Source of the DNA: Camelus ferus
Lineage: Eukaryota
Length of the DNA: 64,000 nucleotides
Reading direction: 5' to 3'
NCBI RefSeq assembly: GCF_009834535.1
Contig: NC_045696.1
Span: 58,840,001 to 58,904,000, forward strand
In this document: positions 13,950-27,179 of the stretch, one piece after another
Position numbering within the stretch: the first letter of the stretch is position 1
How the letters are laid out: the number at the start of each line of letters is the position of its first letter
Program-made: the position numbers and the translations under genes
The notes under the pieces: model-generated
Told to the model about the DNA's origin: nothing
Database searches by the model: none
The model's input: only the letters and a program-made list of their open reading frames with translations

Positions 13950-14365
13950 CTGTGTGAGAAAAAAGACAAATACTGTATGATCTCACTTGAATGTGAAATC
14001 TAAAAAAACCCAAACTCAAAGATACAGAGAACAGATTGGTGGTTGCCTGAGGCAGGGGGTGGACAGAATGGATGAAGGTGGACAAAAGGTACAAGCTTCC
14101 AGTTATAACATAAATAAGTCACAGGGATTAATGTACAACATAGTGTCTATAGTTAATAACACTGTATTGCATATTTGAAAGGCGCTAAGAGAGTAGATCT
14201 TAAAAGTAAAAGTCCTTATCATGAGAAAAAAATACCTTTACGAGGTGATGAACGTTAACTAATTTTGGAGATCATCTCACAATATATACACATATCAAAT
14301 CATTTTGTTGTACACCTGAAACTAATATAATGTTACATGGCAATTATGTCTTAATTTAAAAAATA
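13950..14365 (+). mobile_element. LINE-1 3' UTR fragment
   Basis: 'gacaaatactgtatgatctcactt', 'ctaagagagtagatcttaaaag' and 'gtacacctgaaactaatataatgtt'. Confidence 0.85.
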
Positions 14366-14774
14366 TACATCTCCAACCTGTGATCAAAAGGGCTGTCACT
14401 TGCCCTCCTCCCCGCAAAAGCAATCTTGTTCCTACAGTTATCAATGGAGAGCAAACAACCTACTTTAAAGAACTTGGGGCACAGAAACCCTTTGGGAAGG
14501 ACAGAGGCTTGACTTTCTCACAGAAATGAACCCCTCATGTGGAATTTTAGTTTGTTTCTGGAGGCTATTTTTGCCCAGCTGCACTGTTACAACCATGAAC
14601 AAGCAGCAACTCCAATCCATACTAAGAGTAAGTGGCCCTGAAGCACTCACTTACAGAGAAATTGCAATTTAATAGAATTAAGAATATGGACTTACATAAA
14701 TATATCTAAATGTAGAACATTACATTAGGGGCAGAATAAAACTTTAAACATTCTATAACATTAAATTGCTTTAG

Positions 14775-15005
14775 TTAATAATAACAGCTACCATTTTATT
14801 GGGCAATTTTCAATATTGCCATGTCTCAGACAGTAAGTTAAGTGTTTCTCATGTATGTACTATTTCATTTTCACAACAACCCCAGAGGTGGGTATTGTTA
14901 TCCCCCTTTTATTGATAAAGAAACAAAGGCACACAAAAATTGAGCTACTTCTTGAAAGTCAAAGCTAGTCCATAATCCAGGTCTGACTGAGGTCTACACT
15001 CCTCA
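14775..15005 (-). mobile_element. MIR SINE
   Basis: MIR core-like 'cacaacaaccc...ggtattgttatccccttttta...gataaagaaac' and 'ccaggtctgact'. Confidence 0.6.
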
Positions 15006-15269
15006 TCAAAAACATGTAAACTAAAGACATCTCAAGGCTCTAAAACAAGTTTCTAAAAGACCAAGCTGTTATAGTGAAAAGTTTCAGAAAGCCACAGGAA
15101 AATAAGCCATCATTCCAAAAATAAAATTAAGTTGTGTGAAAATATAAAGCATTGCCTTTAGGGCTAACGTTAGAAACGGCTTATTTATTATTTTTCTCAT
15201 TGATTTTTTTCAAGGAACTGAAAACATTTTGAAACACGTTTTGGAAAATTTCACCAATTTGACAAGATT

Positions 15270-16930
15270 ATGATCAAATGTTCACTTAGCTCCCACTAGG
15301 TGCCATAAACTGTTAGGTGCTGGGATACAGAAATCAAAAGGAAACAGTCCTTGTTCTCAAAAAATTCAGTGTTGGTGGGAGATACAGATACAGTGACAGA
15401 CCATAATACATTGTGGAAAGTGTGATAATAGAGCGAGTTGCAGGGTATTACAGAAAAGTGAGGAATGGCATCTAATCTAGCCAGTGGGTCGTAGGAGTTT
15501 ACAGGGGAAGGTTGTCAGTTGAAGCAGGGGTGGGGGTGGGGGTGGGGCTACTCATTCCAGGCAGAGCACAACGCCTGGGCGCCGACCACAGGCAGGAAAT
15601 GGTGCAGCAGCATGGTATATGGAGGCGGGGGGGTGGGGACAAGAAGGTCAGGATTGATGAAACATGGAGTGGGAGGCAGCGGATGGACACAGGTAAGGCT
15701 GGGAAGGTGGGTGGGGGCCAAATCATGAAGTTTAAACCAGAGAAGGGTTTTAAGCACATAAGTGACATGCTCAGAATTACCGTTTAACTACATCCCTCAA
15801 AGATTGTGAAGCATGGACTGGAGCCACAAAGCCATAGGTTCAACTTCTGGCTCTAAGGGCTTATTAGCTTTGTGAACTTTGGCAGGATGATAAAAAACCA
15901 CCTAAGCCTCAGTCTCGTCAACTGTAAAATGGGAAGTAAGAAGATAAGGAATGTAAAGCACTGGAACATAGCAAATGCTCCAATTATTAATATTATAGGC
16001 CTACAAGTTCAGGAAAACCCAAGCTGGAGTCCAGATGAGACACAGTCAAGCCCTGCATTGGGGTGAAAAAACAGGATAATCTGAGAACCACTTAGGAAAC
16101 ACAGCTGAGAAAGCCTGATGACCACCCGGATGTGGGGGTGTGGGTTAGGGAGAGGAGGCATGATCAGTGAGCCCTAGGGCTAGGCTGCGTCACTGCATGG
16201 ACGGCGGAACACCTGATGAGAAGGATGTGGGAGACAGAACAAGCGTGGGAGGGTGAGTCATGCTGAGGAAGAGGAGGTGTACATCTAGGAGTGGACATCC
16301 AGGAGGTCACTGGATGCACCTGAGTCTGGGATGCAGGTATGGCTTGGAGTTAGAGATGTAAGTGTCATGAGTATCTCAAACCATGAGAAGGGAAGAGATC
16401 ACCCACAGAGGGCCTGTTCGGTCATAAGAGCAATGAGCCAAGCCACACCCTGGGAACACCAACAATTAAGGGGCAAGGAGAGAAAAAGAAGCCCCCAGAG
16501 AAAGAAAAGAACCACAGAGGACCAGAAAAGCCAAGGAGGGCTCAGTATAATGTAAGCTAAAGGACCACGATGTCACAAAGGAGTCATCAGCTGTGCCCAA
16601 TGTAGTTCAGAAGTTCAGTAAACTCCAAATATGTCTTCGAAATTTAACAGAAACAAGTGCTGATTTTAGGCCAGAGGGCAATTTTAGCAGGACTAGGGGG
16701 ACAGAAGCACACCTGCTGGGTTAAGGTAAAAATGGGAGTGTGGAATTGGAAAGAGAATACCATAAATCTGGTAAAAGGGATGCGAAGGAATTATGTAGTA
16801 ACAGGGGAGAAAGACAGGGTCAAAGGTTAGGTCACAAATTTTTAGGCTGGAGCACTCTGAGCATCTTGTGAGCTGAGAAGGAAAAGGTGGGTGACAAAGG
16901 GTGATGATGCATGAGAGAGAATCACTGATG
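15270..16930 (-). mobile_element. LINE-2 fragments with an embedded MIR piece
   Basis: 'actgttaggtgctgggatacag', 'gggccaaatcatgaag' and 'ccaaggagg...ccaatgtagttcagaag' resemble antisense L2. Confidence 0.5.
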
Positions 16931-18849
16931 GAACAAGGTTCATGAGAAAATAGGAAGGAATTTCAAAGCAAGCATCTCCTTGGTATCAGGGACCACATTT
17001 AGCCCTAGGGACACCTGTCAATGAACCATCAGAGAAGAATGTGACACGGATACTAGTCCTCAGAGTGCACCCACCAGAGGAGCTCGGAGTGGCACCCATT
17101 TGACTGTGGGTTTCCTGAGCCTAAGCCTGTGCCTGTCTACCTCTCTATTCCCACTGCCTGACAGTGTCTGGCCCCACCTGGTAGGCATTCCATCTTGTTC
17201 TTGGTATGAATGAATAAATATACTTGTCAGAAACTTTATTTTCAGGGGTAGAAATTATATACAAATGCATGAAAACATATGCTAAAGAAAAAAGGAATCT
17301 CGGTATTAAGATACAATGAAATATTAACAAAATAATAATACACATGCTCAGAAAACACGCATCTAAGAGCTTTATACAGAGGCAGCGAAAGTTCAGAGAG
17401 TGGGGGAGAATGCAGACACAGGGTTCAGTCATGTGGAGAAGGCCTGACATGGGTCCAGAACTCTCTCTGGCTGAACGTATCCCTCATTCTGCAAATTTCA
17501 GCATTTAAGATGGGACAAAACTTTTCACCTCAAAACTATAAAGGACAAAAAGGAAATGTATGTGAGACTATACATTAGCTGAGACCCATACACCATAAAA
17601 TAAAGTCAGCCTGGTCGGCTCTGGCTCAGACTGGCCAGGGTCCAAGCGAGGCTGCACCATTTACTGGCTTGTGACCTGCCCAGGTCCCTTGCCCTTTTCT
17701 GGAAAAGCAGACCATATGATAAATAAGTCTCCAAGCTTCTTTCAAATCTCTTGCTTAAAGGTGCTAAAGCAGCTTCTTAGCCTTCTGAATCATACACTCC
17801 TCCGAGCATCTATGAAAGCTATGAGTTCTAACCTCCTTCCAAAAAAACCAAACAAAATTCTACAAATCATTTGAGAAATCCCTGACTGTAGACCTCCTTC
17901 TAGTGGGAAAAACAGCCGAAGTGCAAGCCTATATAAGGAAGGTGTCGTCTTCCTTAAAAGTAGTGGTACCATGTCACCCCTTCAAGACCCATAGTGGACA
18001 GGTTACTGTGTGCCCACCTGGTCTGTAAGCCTCCTCATTTCTGAGCTCTCTGGTGCCCTAACACAGTGAGTACTCAATTTGTCAGTTATGTTGATCAGGG
18101 CCATAGCAGTTTGAATGCATAGTTCCAGAGCTTTCAGACCTTTGGTGCTTCTCAGTGAGTATCAACTTCAGATTCCCTCTCTGAGAGCTAAGTGTGATGC
18201 ACAGCAACCACTGTGGGCTTACTCTACAGGGTCTGTCAATTGTTTAAAACTGATTTCTGCTTGATTAGGAGTCCAGCCACCACAGACCAGAAGCCATGCC
18301 TCAGTTCCAGGGCAGAATATGATGACTGTCCTCCTTCCCTCCAAACGGAAATACACTCTAGCTGCTTTCAGTAGAAATCCCTCACCATTTGTAAAACCCT
18401 TCGTACTTAGACTTTCCAGTCCTTCTCACACGTTAAATATTCATCTGGGAGGTAGGCAATACAAGCAGTACTCCATTTTAAGAGATAAGGAAAGAGAATA
18501 TAACATTTAAGTGATCAGAGAGGGCTTTCAACAAAGCCTAGCACTCCAAGCCACATTTTTATAAATATGCTAGTGTTTCTCTATTTCCCCTGTACTGAGA
18601 ACGTAAGAGAGGCCTCTTGAAATTGACAGAGCAAAACAGCTATGACATTTAATACAGTGTTCAGTGATAACATCTAAATAGTATCTATGGTTTTAGAAAT
18701 CAAAAGCCTAAGAAATTTTATATATAATGATTAAACAGTTTAGGTTTTTTCAATATTCAACCAGAATCTGATTAAAAATCTGACTTAAAAAAGGCAGAAT
18801 CCAGTGTACATAAGTGACAGGGGTAAGGAGGGAGAAATTCCATACTTAC

Positions 18850-18868
18850 CTATTGCACAATGTAAAAT
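18850..18868 (-). CDS. HACD2: HACD2 exon 3 (19-nt microexon, ILHCAI-G)
   Basis: Reverse complement reads tttttctctctag|ATT TTA CAT TGT GCA ATA G|gtaagt, which matches 'ILHCAIG' of mammalian HACD2 and has canonical splice sites. Confidence 0.93.
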
Positions 18869-21473
18869 CTAGAGAGAAAAAAAGGGGGAAAAAGAGAATT
18901 AGTAAAAATCAATAATATTAGTTTTACTTCGTATAAACGAGCCTTTCAGTAAGAATAGAGCAATGTCTGCCAGCAGAACTGAATTTGAAGAATGAACATT
19001 CAGCTTTTAAACTTGGCTAAAGGCTATTTAACAAAATGCAAGTTCTTGTTTGTATTTTGTTTGTTCATTTTTAGTTTGTGTGTCTGTAGGAGATTTCTTA
19101 AGGAGTAACTCTCACCCAGTAGTTTATCAGATGCCAAGGAACTCTTTCCTAATACACGAACTGGTAAGAGCAATACGTGTACATCTCCCATGTTCCATAT
19201 TCTACAGGAGAGCAACGTCGCAGACTACGGAACCAGGGTCTGAGAGCCTCTTCATGCCCAGCAGGCTCATCAGTACAGACATTCATTCCACAAAGCTCTG
19301 CCCCTGGACTCCACCTGATCTCATCCCATGACCTCATTACAGGGGCGTTCCCAGTCCAATCTCTAACCCCGGAACTCTGAGCTCCAGGCCCACATTCCTT
19401 TGGACATCTCCATCTGTGTGTATCAGCAGCATCCCAAACATGGCATGCTCAACAGGAAGCTCACCCTTTCCTTCCTTCTTACCTACCATGCCTCTTGATC
19501 CCCAACCTCCCACTGTCAGATTCAACTGCTCTTTCCTTTCCCTCACTCTCAACTCAAATAGGTTTCCAAGTCCTGCCAATGCTTCCTAGTTTTTTTAATC
19601 TCCAGTGCACGGGTGAGATCTCTATCTCCTCTCCATTTCAATGGTCGTCTAGCCAGTGAATTAGGTTTTTCCAAATCCCCTTCCAATTCATCCAGTAACA
19701 ACTATTGCGGTGTATTTTAGAATTTACATTTCCCTAGCCATCATTGTGTTGTTTGAACCTAACAATAATCCTGAAAGATGGGCAGGACAGATATCTCTAC
19801 TTGCAGATGAGAAAACTAAGGCTAAGAAGAGCTGCTCTACTTGACCAAAATAGTAAGTAATGTCCAGGATCAAAAACCTAGGTTTTATTTCTACTCTACT
19901 TTGCTTTTTCTATAATATTATTACACTGTACATTAGTTATGTCTACAGAAGCCACAACGTGACAAGACTTAGCTTTATCTAAAATATGCCTAAATAAAAC
20001 TCTGTACTCAAGTCTATTATTTCACTAAGCTTTTTTGAAGGGAGGGGGACAAGGGATAGCTTGGATTAAAAAATCAAGCTGCACAAATCTGTTGATAACT
20101 GATAAAAGAACAAAAGAATTACTAGACTGCAAATCTTATATTTTTCAAAAGAAAACACTGCTAAGAATCTCAAATGTCTGAATGTTACAAGATAAGCTGA
20201 ACCTCTTGCTGCAAAGTTGAGGAAAACTAAGATACGTGCTGATTAAAATGAAATGGAATGAAAGATGAGTGATGAGCATCCCCTGAGATACGACAGAAAA
20301 CCTATTCCATTCATGTATGTAGCAAGACATCCAGGCTGCTGATGTACAACAGGACACTGCAGAACAGGATATGTAACACTCAAGGCCCATCAAGATTTCT
20401 TTGTGTGACAGAACAGATCTTAGTCCTTTTAGACCCAATCTCCCCAATAGAATCACATGTATTTTATGATGCCTCCTTTACTAACCTGAAGTAAAATTCA
20501 TAGATGATAAAACTTACCTACACAAAAATTAAAACAAACAACGTCCTAACTGGTATATAAAGAAGAAATAAAAAGAAAGTTGTATATTTTAAAAAATATG
20601 TATTTCCACACTTAACTGCTTGGGACATAATGACGTAATGAAGCAGTCAGACGTATGTACCAACTTAGGGTGAATAAATTTGAATTTAAAAGTAAGAGTA
20701 TCAGAAAGCACTCCGGACAAGTATAGGAAAATAAAAGAGCAGAGGTACAGACCAACACTAGTAAAATAGTATTAAGATAATAATGGACATAGGGAAATAG
20801 TCTTAACTGAAGTTAAAATCATATGCCAAGTAAATAACAAAGCAGAGAAAACGAAGAAGCACGACATCGTCATGAATGAAGCTAGGTCTTATTTGTAAGT
20901 GTGGAGTCAAAATAATCCCCTAGATTATGTCTTGGGATAGGGTAGGAAGGCAGAATCACCGAAAATTTGTCCTTCTGCCTTGAAATGCCACTGAGACGTA
21001 AAATCTGTCTAGTCTGTAAAAAGAACTTGCAGATAACATTCTTTGAATGGTGCAAAAAAGAAAAAAAGATGGATTAGACAAAAAACAGTAAAGCAAGAGA
21101 CGATAAAGTAGTTGTATAATAGACTAGGGATAGTTTTAGGATAAAACTGAAAAGATGTAGTGATTTTAAAAAAGATAATATAAAATATTATTAAAATAGT
21201 TGTATTAAAGAAACAGAATGAGATCCCTGCATTTCACATCTCCGTTTAAGTCTGAACAGGAATCTCAAATTTATTTCGTATTTTCAATCAGTTTCACTGC
21301 TCTTGCAGTAATAACCCTATTGCACTGAAGTCTCTGTCAACTAAATATGCAAGCTGGAAATGTTACAATGCTTACAGAACAGAATGTGCAGAGTGAACAA
21401 ATTACTCAATTATTTTGAGATGATATCTTTATTTGACTTGGGTTCACTTTTTTTTTCCATATAAAGGGGAGTA

Positions 21474-23650
21474 TTTATTTATTTATTTATTTATTTATTT
21501 ATAACTTTTTTTTATTGAGTAATAGTCATTTTACAATACTGTGTCAAATTCCAGTGTAGAGCACATTTTTTCAGTTATACATGAACATACATATATTCAT
21601 TGTCACATTTTTTTTTCGCTGTGAGCTACCACAAGAACTTGTATATATTTCCCTGTGCTATACAATATAATCTTGTTTATCTATTCTACATTTTAAAATC
21701 CCAGTCTATCCCTTCCCAGCCCCCGCCCCCTTGGCAACCACAGGCTTGTATTCTATGTCTATGAGTCTGTTTCTGTTTTGTCTGTTTGTTTGTTTTTTGA
21801 TTCCACATAAGAGTGATCGCATATGGTATTTTTCTTTCTCTTTCTGGCTTACTTCACTTAAAATGACATTCTCCAGAAACATCCATGTTGCTGCAAATGG
21901 CGTTCTGTTGTCGGGTTTTGCGGCTGAATAGTATTCCATTATATAAATATATCACACCTTCTTTATCCAGTCATCTGTTGATGGACATCTAGGCTGCTTC
22001 CATGTCTTGGCTATTGTAAATAGTGCTGCTATGAACATTCGGGTGCAGGTGTCATTTTGAAGTAGGGTTCCTTCTGGATATATGCCCAGGAGTGGGATTC
22101 CTGGGTCCTATCATAAGTCTATTCCTAGTCTTTTGAGGAATCTCCATACTGTCTTCCACAGTGGCTTTCCTTGCTTCCCTCTCCCACTCTTAATGATTTA
22201 GATGTCTTCTTTTAAAATTTTGTGTTTATCCTATTTGTAATTCATGGTAGTTATCTCCTTTCCAGTTATGAGTTTCTCATTTTTGTAGCATCCTGCTTCT
22301 TTTCTATTTAGAGTAGACCTGTCAATACTCCTTTTAGCGTGGGTTTAGTGTTGCTAAACTCTTTCAGTTTTTGCTTGTCTCTGAAGTTCTTTCTCTCTCC
22401 TTCTATTCTAAAGGATACCCTTGCTGCATAGAGTATCCTAGGCTGCATCTTTTCTTCATTCAGGACTTTGAATGTATCTTGTCACTCCCTTCTGGCCTGT
22501 AGTGTTTGTGTAGAGAAATCAGCTGAGAGCCTTATGGGGCTTCCCTTGTAACTCACTCTTTGTTTTTCTCTTGCTGCCTTTAGGGTCATTTCTTTATCCT
22601 TTACTCTGGCCATCTTGATGATGATATGTCTTGGTGTGGGTCTGTTTGGGTTCTTCCTGTTTGGGACCCTCTGAGCCTCCTGTACTTGGATATCTGATTC
22701 CTTCTTTAGGTTTGGGAAGTTTTCAGTCATGATTTCTTCAAATACCTTTTCAATCCCCTTTGTTCTTTCTTCTCCTTCTGGAGCCCCTATTATGCGTAGA
22801 TTGGCACGCTTTATATTATCCTATAGGTCCCTTACATTGTTTTAATTGTTTTTATTTGTTTTTCTCTCAGCTGTTCTGATTGGGTGCTTTCTGTTGTCCT
22901 GTCTTCTAGGTCACTTATTCGTTCCTCTACATTTTCTAGTCTGCTTTGCACAGCCTTTAGGTCAGCTCTCATCTCAGCAAATGAATTTACTAATTCTACT
23001 TGGTTCTTCTTTATAGTTTCTATTTCATTTTTTACATATTTTATATCTCTAAACACTATTTCTTTTAGTTCCTTCAGTACTTTGATCACTCCTTTTTTGA
23101 AATCTTGATCTAAGTAGGCCATCAATGTCTGTTTCCTTGATCATGCTTTCAGGGGATTTCTCTTGATCTTTTAATTGGGAGTGGTTCCTCTGCTTCTTCA
23201 TCTTGCTCCTACCTCTCTGGCACTGTGGCCAGAGAGCGGGCGGGTCACTCCTCCTCTGGATGCTGCAGTCAGATGCTGTGCTCGAGCGAGGCAGGTGGGT
23301 GGATAGTGCCCCTCCAGGCACCGTGGTCAGCTGCTGCATTCCTGCCGGAAAGGTGGGTGGCCGCCTGCCCTCTCCCAACGCCAGTGTCTCCATTGCTCTG
23401 TGCAGCTCAGGTCAGCACCCCCATAGGCGGGCTCGGGGAAGACCGTGGAACAGCCCTGCCCCTGCTCTGTGCCAAATCTCAGCTCCTTGTTTGTCTTGGC
23501 AGCCCGAGTTCTCTGAGGTGCCAGGGCAGAAAGATACTATCTGCCTCTGGCTGTCAACAAGTCTCAGTCCTGCCCAGGAGGTTGCGGAGCCCCATGTTGC
23601 GGATTCAGGTCTCGGACCCACCCCTGCCTGGGTGCTGCGCATAGGACGAG
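21474..23650 (-). mobile_element. Relatively young LINE-1: GC-rich 5' UTR part, ORF1 (~23201 to 22308, disrupted), most of ORF2 deleted, ORF2 tail, 3' UTR and (TAAA)n tail
   Basis: ORF1 peptides MKKQRNHSQLKDQEKSPE, 'ERISDLEDR' and 'PTPRHIIIKMA...PIRLSADFS'. ORF2 tail peptide at 21706-21939. CpGs are retained in the 5' UTR. Confidence 0.9.
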
Positions 23651-24224
23651 TGCTGTTTTAAGCTGCTAAGTTTATGATATTTTGTCATGCAGCAAGAGAA
23701 AATATAAAACAAACTTCTTCTAACTTAATAGGCTTTTTGTTTAATTTCTCATGAAGATTTTTTAGTGTTAGTATGTACTACAAAACTATCAAGTTTATAT
23801 TTGTGTAGGGGTCAGCCCATGGTATATACACAAAAGTCAGGGGGTTACAGAACAAACCTTCACTGCAAAATACCCTCACAACTTTCCAAAGCACATTCTA
23901 GAGGGGTTGTGTTGCTCTTGTTGAGATCTACTGAGAATCACTGGACTAAAATAAGCATACATCATCGGAATAAATTCAGAAGACCTGCCATATTCAAAAT
24001 CTCCCTTGAAAATATGTCATAATTTTCTCTCTCCTCTTGAACCCTTTCCATTTCCACCTACTGGCAATAAGCTCATTTTAGTTTAAAAATTCAACCTCAA
24101 TGTTGAATGTCACTTTTTCACAACAAGCTATTTGGAAACATCTTTTTTGAAAAAGTTTCTAAGCCTTGCACTAAGGAAATTATTTTTGTAAGTTACAAAC
24201 AAATTTGTTCAGTTTCATTTTTTA

Positions 24225-24540
24225 AAGAAGACTTCACTTTTTAAAGAGTAGTTTTAGGTTCACAGCAAAATTGAGAGGAAGGTACAGATTTCCCATATAC
24301 TCCTTGCCCTGACTCACACATAGCCTCCCCAACTATCCACATCCCTTATCAGAGTGGTACATTTGTTACAATTAATGAACCAACACTGACATCATTCAGA
24401 GTCCACAGCTGAGGGTTCAGTGTTGCTTTTGTACATTCTATGGGCTTGGACAAATGTATAATGACATGTGCCCACCATTACAGTATTATACAGAGTAGTT
24501 CACTGCCCTCAAAGTCTTCTGTGCTGTCTACTTACCCTTC
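24225..24540 (-). mobile_element. Old LINE-1 3' UTR fragment
   Basis: 'gttttaggttcacagcaaaattgagaggaaggtacaga' and 'gagtggtacatttgttacaatt'. Confidence 0.75.
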
Positions 24541-26889
24541 AGTTTCATTTTTAATCCAAGGTAAAACAACAACAACAAAGTCCAAAAAAGTTTAGCAAGT
24601 CTCAAGAGGAATAGGAACCCAAGCAGCTTTCATTCATGAATTTATTCATTCTGCTACCTTGAGTTCCAATTCTGTCTTTCAATTAGAAATTCCAGATTCT
24701 TGCGGGAAAGTCTGACCAGTCCAGTTTGGGCCAGGTGCGCACTCCTGGATCAGCCACCTATGGCCTGAGAGGTAGTTAGGGGTATATGCAGCTATGTGTC
24801 TAGTACAACTGGGAAAACTTCCAGAGAGAATAAAATCCCCTGAGCTGGGCAGCTCTACAAGGCATGACTACTACACTCACATTACTGTGGAGAGGGCCAG
24901 AGCTAATTTGGGTTATGTCTACCAGTATTTGGCTAGTTTTATCACACTATACATATGTATGATTCAATTTTATCTAATAATACCTATATACCTATATAAT
25001 ACCTATATAATAACATGTAGCCTTGAAAGACAGACACCAATAATGTTAACAGTGGTTATCTTTAGGTAGTAAGTTTATGACAAGAATGCTCTTCTTTCTT
25101 TATATTTATCTGGATTTTTTTTCTACAATGAATATATAGCACTTATGATCAGAGAGGAACACCTTTCCCCTCTCCTGTGGCTTCATAATGCTTTTCTCCC
25201 AAATATTTCTGGTCTTTCCCCACCTGTTAATCACTTTACCCCGGAAAGGAAGGATGAGTCAACTGAGCAGTAGATTTGGTTAAAATAAATGGGGCGTGTT
25301 CAACTCGGCTCCACCCTACGGTTTCCACAAAGAACCCTGAGTTCTCTTGTTTCCTCCATGCTGCCCTGGCCGCTTGCTGCCTGGAGCCAGCAGACTGGTG
25401 AGTCTAATTCTGGAGTTCAAACCCATTTGGCTTGCACACTAATGTATAGCCTCCAGCTAGGCCTCTATGACTAATACAGGTAATTTTTAGGATCCTTATG
25501 CTATTCCCCTGAGTTGTCAACGTTCAGAACATAAGTAAGAAAAAGAGGGTATTTACTGGGCTCTCTCAAAGGTTTCAGTCCAAATTTGTCTTCAAAATCC
25601 TTTTATACCCATGTTTAAAAGAGGAAATAGGTAAATTTCCTTAATTACCATTATTTTTTCTGTCACTTAATCATACCTTTCATGCTATATTCTGTAATTT
25701 TTTTAATCATTGCCTGCTTTATTTTCATATTCTGATTATAAAATATTAAAGCCTCATAGAACTTAAAACTGGGAAAAAATGCTAAGATCATCTAATCCAG
25801 CATATTCACTGCAGAGAGGTTGAGACCAAGTGGCAAAATCAAGACTTAGTACCCAAATTTCTCATCTCCAGTGTTCTTTTACATATGCTGTGACTCCTCT
25901 CAAGTACAATTCTATTTTTAATTCTTTAGCCATTTCTGCCAGCTTTTCTATGATAATCATTCACCCATCAACACATTCTACCAGCATGTGTCTCCCATGT
26001 TCCTTCTGTATGACAAATTGTGAACTTGGCAAGTTTCTCTTTGGCTTCTGCTCTAAAATCAACTTTATCTTATGCTGTGACTAGACAGTCTTGCTTTTCT
26101 GGTATGCTTGGTCCTAGGAATTGGTCTGTCCTTTAGTAAGTGTAAATCAGTCTTTTAAAGGCAACAGATTGTAGAATTTTGCTTTTTAAACTAGTAACCA
26201 CCACTTCTACCTTTTTATTTTGATAAAATTAATGAGTCTATTTACATAAACATTAGAAACAATGCATTTGTGCTATACTCGATCATCCTATAGGTTTGTT
26301 ATCATTGCTACTATCTTTTTCTTTTTTTAACAGATGTAAATTCTGTACTTCACTTTAAATCAAAAGATAACCTATCTAAGCTGTCTATTTTCTTTCTTTT
26401 TCAAAAAACTTTTTAATCTTATTTTCCTCATTCACTTTGTTTTCTATTATATTTTATTACATACTTATGTTATATCACATCTTTCCTTTTAATTTTAAGA
26501 TTCACAAAGTGATATGTAAAAGCACACTAAAGTGTATAGAATAAAAAGCAGAAATTTCCTTTTATTCCCCCCAAATACCACAACCCTCCACAAAGGTAAA
26601 CACTAGTTAGTAATAGTCTGATATGTATCCTTCCACACCTTTTCCAATATCTGCAATTTGTTTTTCTCTTGATTTTCCTAACCTGAAAACCTCGCCACAC
26701 TTTCATAATTATTCTCATTATTTTCATCATATGAATTAAGAAGTCTATAAACTCTGTTGTGACTTAAAATTTATAGCACTAAATTTGTCTTCCTTTGTTT
26801 ACCTTCCTACCCACTTCATTTTACCCTGGTAAAATCTGAAATCTCTTATGAAATTCCACACTGGACACCATGCAATCTGTATCATGGTC

Positions 26890-27072
26890 TAAAGCTTTGC
26901 TATCAATGCAGTGGTTACTGGCCACATGTGCCCATTTAAATTTAAGTTAAAAACAAATAAAACTAACAACTCAGCTCAACAGCCACATGTGACTAGCGGC
27001 TACTGTATCAGACAGCACAGATTTGGAACATGATCATTGCAGAAAGTTCTACTGGATAGTGCTAGTCTAAAG
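26890..27072. mobile_element. Non-autonomous hAT-Charlie DNA transposon (MER3/MER33-like)
   Basis: 'agccacatgtgactagcggctactgtatcagacagcacagat...catgatcattgcagaaagttctactggatagtgct'. Confidence 0.7.
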
Positions 27073-27179
27073 ACCTGATTAATTTTATTTACTTATACAA
27101 CAGTGAAAAATCCCTTGCTAATGTTCTTTCAAAGTTCTATTACTTTTTGTAGGTATTTTCAAAATGTTTCTAACCGTAT

